Of a stretch of DNA of 64,000 bases, positions 62,886 through 64,000 are shown piece after piece; positions within the stretch are counted from its first letter, which is position 1, and the number at the start of each line of letters is the position of its first letter. A program made the translations under genes and the position numbers. The DNA is from an uncultured Gammaproteobacteria bacterium (GTDB taxonomy: Bacteria > Patescibacteriota > Microgenomatia > Levybacterales > UBA12049), in assembly GCA_965230895.1 (NCBI GenBank), contig OZ246394.1, positions 377,316-441,315 on the forward strand, given 5' to 3'. The notes under the pieces were generated by a model. It was not told the origin of the DNA. It worked only from the letters and a program-made list of their open reading frames with translations, and ran no database searches.

Positions 62886-64000
62886 GTAACCTATTCAAGC
62901 AACATACCTTAAAAGTTGTTGGCCATATTTTATTGGCTATTTTCTGTGCGATAGTCCTTGCACTTTCTGTCCGTGGTATTGGAGGAAATCCAACAGCTCC
63001 GGAATTGAATCGTTTAATCTGGAAAGATAATGGACCGCTTGAACTTTCACCTGAACGAGGAAGGTTTGCGTTGATGTATGCTGTAGCAGAAGAAAAATCT
63101 TTTTCATTCTCCCCTGACTTAGCTCGGTTTGCTGCTCCTGACGTTGCCTACACTGCTGGGAAGTATGTTTCACTCTTTGCGCCAGCAGTTTCATATATTG
63201 CTGTGCCTGGATATCTTATCGGAAAAATGTTTGGGCTCTCGCAAGTTGGAGCTTTTGGTACGATTGCATTGTTCGCATTGATAAATATGTATCTTATCCG
63301 TGCAATTGCAATGAGAGTAGGTGCACATCCGGTTGCTGCAACTATTGGAGGGCTTACCTTTCTCTTTGCGACACCAGGCTTTGCATATGCAGTGACTTTG
63401 TATCAGCATCATATATCAACGTTTCTGATCTTGATGAGTTTGTATTTGCTGATACGCTTTACCAGTATCTGGTCGCTTATGGCTATTTGGCTCTTGTGCG
63501 CAGCCTCGATCCCTGTTGATTACCCAAATCTTTTTATGATGCTCCCAATCGGTGTTGCGGCACTTGGACAGGTCATCATGACCAAACGTGAGGAAGGAAA
63601 AATTAAAGTAAATATCCCTGTTCTTCGTGTTTTATCTGTCGCAGTCATGGCATTACCATTGGCTTTCTTCTTATGGTTCAATGCTATGTCCTATGGTAAT
63701 CCATTCACGCTTTCAGGAACGATTGAACGATCAATTGAAGTCAAAGCTGACGGATCACCTGTTCTTGAAAGTGAAAAAATTATTGAAGAATTGAAGAAGT
63801 CAGGTCAACCAATTCCACAAGGAGAGTTCAGTAAAAGTAATTTTCTCGCTTTCTTCCAGACAAGACAATTGATGAATGGTATGTATGAGCATTTCGTCAG
63901 TCAAGATCGAGGAATGCTGTACTTCACACCAATTATGCTCATTGGTTTCATCGGCATTATCTACGCTATCCGTAAAAGGATGCCACATGTTGGACTTTTT
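62882..64000 (+). CDS. Polytopic membrane protein, 5' part only (runs off the window end); possible GT-C-type glycosyltransferase/polymer-assembly protein
   Basis: ATG 62882 overlapping the upstream TGA; frame open to 64000 (not in the ORF track because no stop); ≥8 hydrophobic helices. Confidence 0.45.
   Translation, partial: MSNLFKQHTLKVVGHILLAIFCAIVLALSVRGIGGNPTAPELNRLIWKDNGPLELSPERGRFALMYAVAEEKSFSFSPDLARFAAPDVAYTAGKYVSLFAPAVSYIAVPGYLIGKMFGLSQVGAFGTIALFALINMYLIRAIAMRVGAHPVAATIGGLTFLFATPGFAYAVTLYQHHISTFLILMSLYLLIRFTSIWSLMAIWLLCAASIPVDYPNLFMMLPIGVAALGQVIMTKREEGKIKVNIPVLRVLSVAVMALPLAFFLWFNAMSYGNPFTLSGTIERSIEVKADGSPVLESEKIIEELKKSGQPIPQGEFSKSNFLAFFQTRQLMNGMYEHFVSQDRGMLYFTPIMLIGFIGIIYAIRKRMPHVGLF

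Noticed and set aside
1-64000. Search for tRNA, rRNA, tmRNA, CRISPR and mobile elements
   Set aside because: Visual scan found no T-loop-like GGTTCGAAT contexts outside CDSs, no rRNA-like conserved stretches, no regularly spaced short repeats and no integrase, transposase or recombinase motifs. I report none.

Overview
This is a low-GC (about 38%), densely coded bacterial window with 4-bp start/stop overlaps and no tRNA or rRNA genes, CRISPR arrays, integrases or transposases. A sortase with the TLxTC motif, LPXTG-like signals, a DsbA-like protein and an L,D-transpeptidase point to a Gram-positive-type or CPR/Saccharibacteria-like envelope; I cannot assign the taxon from sequence alone.

The first ~22 kb is ordinary housekeeping and accessory genes. 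It encodes a MarR regulator, a J-domain protein, NodB deacetylases, TruB, an L,D-transpeptidase, a C39-like peptidase, an orphan histidine kinase, a patatin, a DEAD-box helicase, Fic, RmlC and MazG, and further includes TypA/BipA, endonuclease III, a PIG-L deacetylase, YjjX, DsbA, HAD phosphatases and a YezD-like protein.

From ~23 kb onward almost everything concerns the cell surface and glycans.

1. **Asn-rich repeat proteins (23.3–26.9 kb).** Two paralogous secreted proteins are built from the same ~80-aa Asn/Thr/Gly-rich repeat, N-A-N-V-x-N ... N-T-G-G-(D)N-S-I-x-T-G, which I could not place in a known family.

2. **Minus-strand exopolysaccharide island (28.8–46.3 kb).** This ~17.5-kb same-strand array carries an internally duplicated module, present at 30.7–35.2 kb and again at 39.3–44.2 kb. 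Each module has four parts:
   - an IcaA/PgaC-like processive GT2;
   - a 59-61-aa mini-protein that is essentially only a sorting signal (YGKG, LPATSAAG, one TM, basic tail);
   - a sortase, whose second copy has all three catalytic residues substituted (H->N, C->S, R->K);
   - a giant NodB-deacetylase/carbohydrate-binding surface protein.
   
   The two modules sit alongside a GH10-like hydrolase, a GH26-like hydrolase and a cellulose-synthase-like GT2 fused to a GH26 domain. This mini-protein/sortase/synthase arrangement is the candidate for an undescribed system.

3. **Second glycan locus (50.6–64 kb).** It contains a PMT-like GT-C fused to a GH8 (BcsZ-like) domain. Two divergently transcribed giant fusions pair a DPM1-like polyprenyl-phosphate sugar synthase with a processive QxxRW GT2; one of them carries an additional C-terminal GT4, for 1378 aa in all. 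The locus ends with a further GT2, a CsaB-like polysaccharide pyruvyl transferase, a NodB deacetylase and a multi-TM protein that runs off the window end.

All calls are from motif reading of the translated ORFs; no database searches were run.
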